Assembly (NCBI RefSeq): GCF_016433145.1
Contig: NC_058131.1
Location: forward strand, 169,678,233-169,742,232
Direction: 5' to 3'
From: Gracilinanus agilis
Lineage: Eukaryota
DNA: 64,000 bases
Shown: piece by piece, positions 61,730 to 64,000 of the stretch
Numbering within the stretch: the first letter of the stretch is position 1
Layout: each line of letters begins with the position of its first letter
Translations under genes and position numbers: made by a program
The notes under the pieces: model-generated
The model's input: only the letters and a program-made list of their open reading frames with translations
What the model was told of the DNA's origin: nothing
Databases searched by the model: none

Positions 61730-63176
61730 ATACCCACATACAGATATGTGTACATGTATGACACATGTGTACTCATATAGTCCAAATTTGCCTCTTTATA
61801 ACCTTTAACCACTGGAGGGCAGGGTGGAGAAAGGAGGAGAAGGTAGAAGATAAGAGAAGGAAGGGAGTCCAGTATACATGTTCTCACTTTGGCTGACTTC
61901 CTCTGTCCCTAATCTCACATGAAATCTCTTGTGATAATAGCAGCAGACTGAGGCATCTAGGTTGCACAGTGGGTAGAACTTTGGACCTGGAATCAGGTAT
62001 CTGAGTTCAAATCCTCTCTCAGACTCTTACTAGCTATGTGACTATGTGACTAGCTACTGGACAAATCACTTTACTACTGTCTGCCTCAGTTTCCCCAAAT
62101 ATAAAATAAGGATAATAATAACACCTACTACCCAGGGTTGTTGTGAAAATAAAATTAGATGATATTTATAAAGCACTCTGAACAGCTTAAAGCACAATAT
62201 AAATGCTAGATATATCTGGTTCTGTGGGCCATATTCTAGCATAGGAGTTAGAAGCAGAAGAATAGTGTATTTCTCTGTCACCAACACAGAGCCTTGCTAG
62301 TTCTGCATCCTCACCAATGACTACTTCCTTCATAGCAATCACTTCCCAGGTACTAGGAAAGGCCATAAACTTTTAAAAATCAGGGTTATCTTGCCCACAA
62401 ATATTATTTATAGTTCCTCTGAATCCTTGATCCAAATCATACTCAATACATTTCTTTGCATATGTCACATCAATAACATCATACTTTTGGTTTTCCCAAA
62501 CAGTAACTCCATCCCCACCCCCAGTCCTCTATACCTGGTTGATGGGTGTGTGCACTACAACCCCACCAATGATCTCTGTTTTATATGCCACCTGTTGCTT
62601 TTTTTCTAGAGACTGAGGAATTGCTGGGCTCTTAGCAACCTCAGTAGCCAGGGGCAGGCTCCCCACTTTGGGCACCTGGAAGAAGAGGAAGCACAGAAAA
62701 CTTTAGTTTAGAAGACAGCAATGAATGTCACAATATAAGCTCAGTGACAGAATGGGCTCATCTAACTATTGTTCATTGCACCTTTGATGACACTGTACTG
62801 CCTCTTAGGTATACATAGAACAACAGGGTAAAACTAATCTTTGCAAATGGAAGACTTCTTAAGCAAACCAAAGTAAGTTGAAGGGACTATGCTAAGGTGA
62901 ATGCTTCTGAATGCTCCCTGACATCTCAGGTGTAGGATCTACAGGCTGGCAATCTCACAAGCTTCACCTGATGACTCAATTTTTGCATTTGCATTTGCAC
63001 AGGGAGTACTGTGCAATCCTTTCTTCCTATATATATAACCCCTAATCAATCTCTTCATCCACCAACTATAAATAAAGTCCTCTCTAGGGAAAGGGTTTCT
63101 CTTATTCTCTTTGTCAGAGTTAAGAAATTGTGTCTTATTAGGTTCTGGTCTCCAAGAGAGTATTTACACTCTAACA

Positions 63177-63384
63177 CAGGGGTCGGCAACCTTTTTGGCT
63201 GTGAGAGCCAGAAATGTCACATTTTTTAAAATGTAATTTCGTGAGAGCCGTACAGTGCTCACAGTGTGCGCTCCTGTAACAGTGCCTGAAAAAAAAATTG
63301 ACTTTATGGCTCCTGCAGAAAAAGCCATATCTGGCCCTTAAAAGAGCCAGATATGGCTCGAGAACCATACATTGCCGACCCCTG
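63177..63384 (-). mobile_element. hAT MITE (third family), copy 2, PLEKHA2 intron
   Basis: TIR CAGGGGTCGGCAAC / ATTGCCGACCCCTG; perfect 8-bp TSD CTCTAACA (63169-63176, 63385-63392). Confidence 0.92.
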
Positions 63385-63716
63385 CTCTAACACCTCTGTC
63401 CTAGCTTATGTGGACACAGATCCAGAAAGCTAGGAAGTATGAAGTGGTCAGTACATTGCTTCCATATTATAGCAAGACAGCTAGATGGCCCTGGGCATTC
63501 AGTGATGGACTTTCGGCAAGAAAACCTAAGTTTAAAATCTACTAGCTGTGAACCTAGGCAAGTTATTAGCTTCTCTTTGCCTCAGTTTCTTCATCTGTAA
63601 AATGAGGTGCTAATATCAGTGCTTAGAACCCAACATTGTTTTGAGGATCAAACAAGATAATATATGTGAAATGTTTCACAAATCTTTGAGCACTATGTAA
63701 GTGCTACTATTTATAA

Positions 63717-63752
63717 CCATCACCATCATCATCATCATCATCATCACTATCA
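63717..63752 (+). repeat. (CAT)n microsatellite
   Basis: catcaccatcatcatcatcatcatcatcac. Confidence 0.9.
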
Positions 63753-64000
63753 TTATTATATTCTGACTTCTCTAAGACAGAGAGATTAATAGGGTAGGCA
63801 AAGACAAAACACAAAAAACTACAAGTTTTTACAAAGGTAGCTGCTATGTAAAACATTGTCATTAGTTCTGCCTCAGGAATCACACCATTCAATCTTTATC
63901 CAGTGAGAACACCCATAACATGTGAAAGAGTAGGAAAATGGAACTGATTTTTGCTTTGAGAACTCAGTTAAAATACCCATGGAAACCTCCCTTTAGTGAC

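Noticed and set aside
1-64000. tRNA, rRNA, CRISPR or prokaryote-type systems
   Set aside because: Only tRNA-derived SINE heads are present; the DNA is intron-rich mammalian sequence with no such arrays or operons.

Overview
This is marsupial genomic DNA, most likely a didelphid opossum. That assignment is inferred from SINE1_Mdo-like, Mar1-like and OposCharlie-like repeats recognised from memory. The window holds a four-gene block with the same relative arrangement as human 8p11: ADAM9 exon 1 (minus), head-to-head across a CpG-island promoter with a complete 4-exon TM2D2 (plus, 216 aa), a complete and intact 9-exon HTRA4 (minus, 480 aa), and the last six coding exons of PLEKHA2/TAPP2 (minus). 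All 20 coding exons were placed by hand with GT-AG junctions and consistent phases. Most ORFs in the supplied track are spurious or repeat-derived. The non-coding DNA is dense in MIR/Mar1/SINE1 SINEs, L1/L2/L3 relics, several hAT MITEs and at least one solo LTR, and there is a 374-nt assembly gap. I see no clearly new multi-gene system. The best leads are regulatory or structural: a short uORF ahead of ADAM9, an Arg8 tract in the ADAM9 signal peptide, a ~1 kb G-rich degenerate minisatellite in ADAM9 intron 1, a TSD-flanked solo LTR pointing at HTRA4, a CpG-retaining patch upstream of HTRA4, a possibly ~9 kb PLEKHA2 3'UTR, three distinct young hAT MITE families, and an inverted MITE pair bracketing three PLEKHA2 exons.
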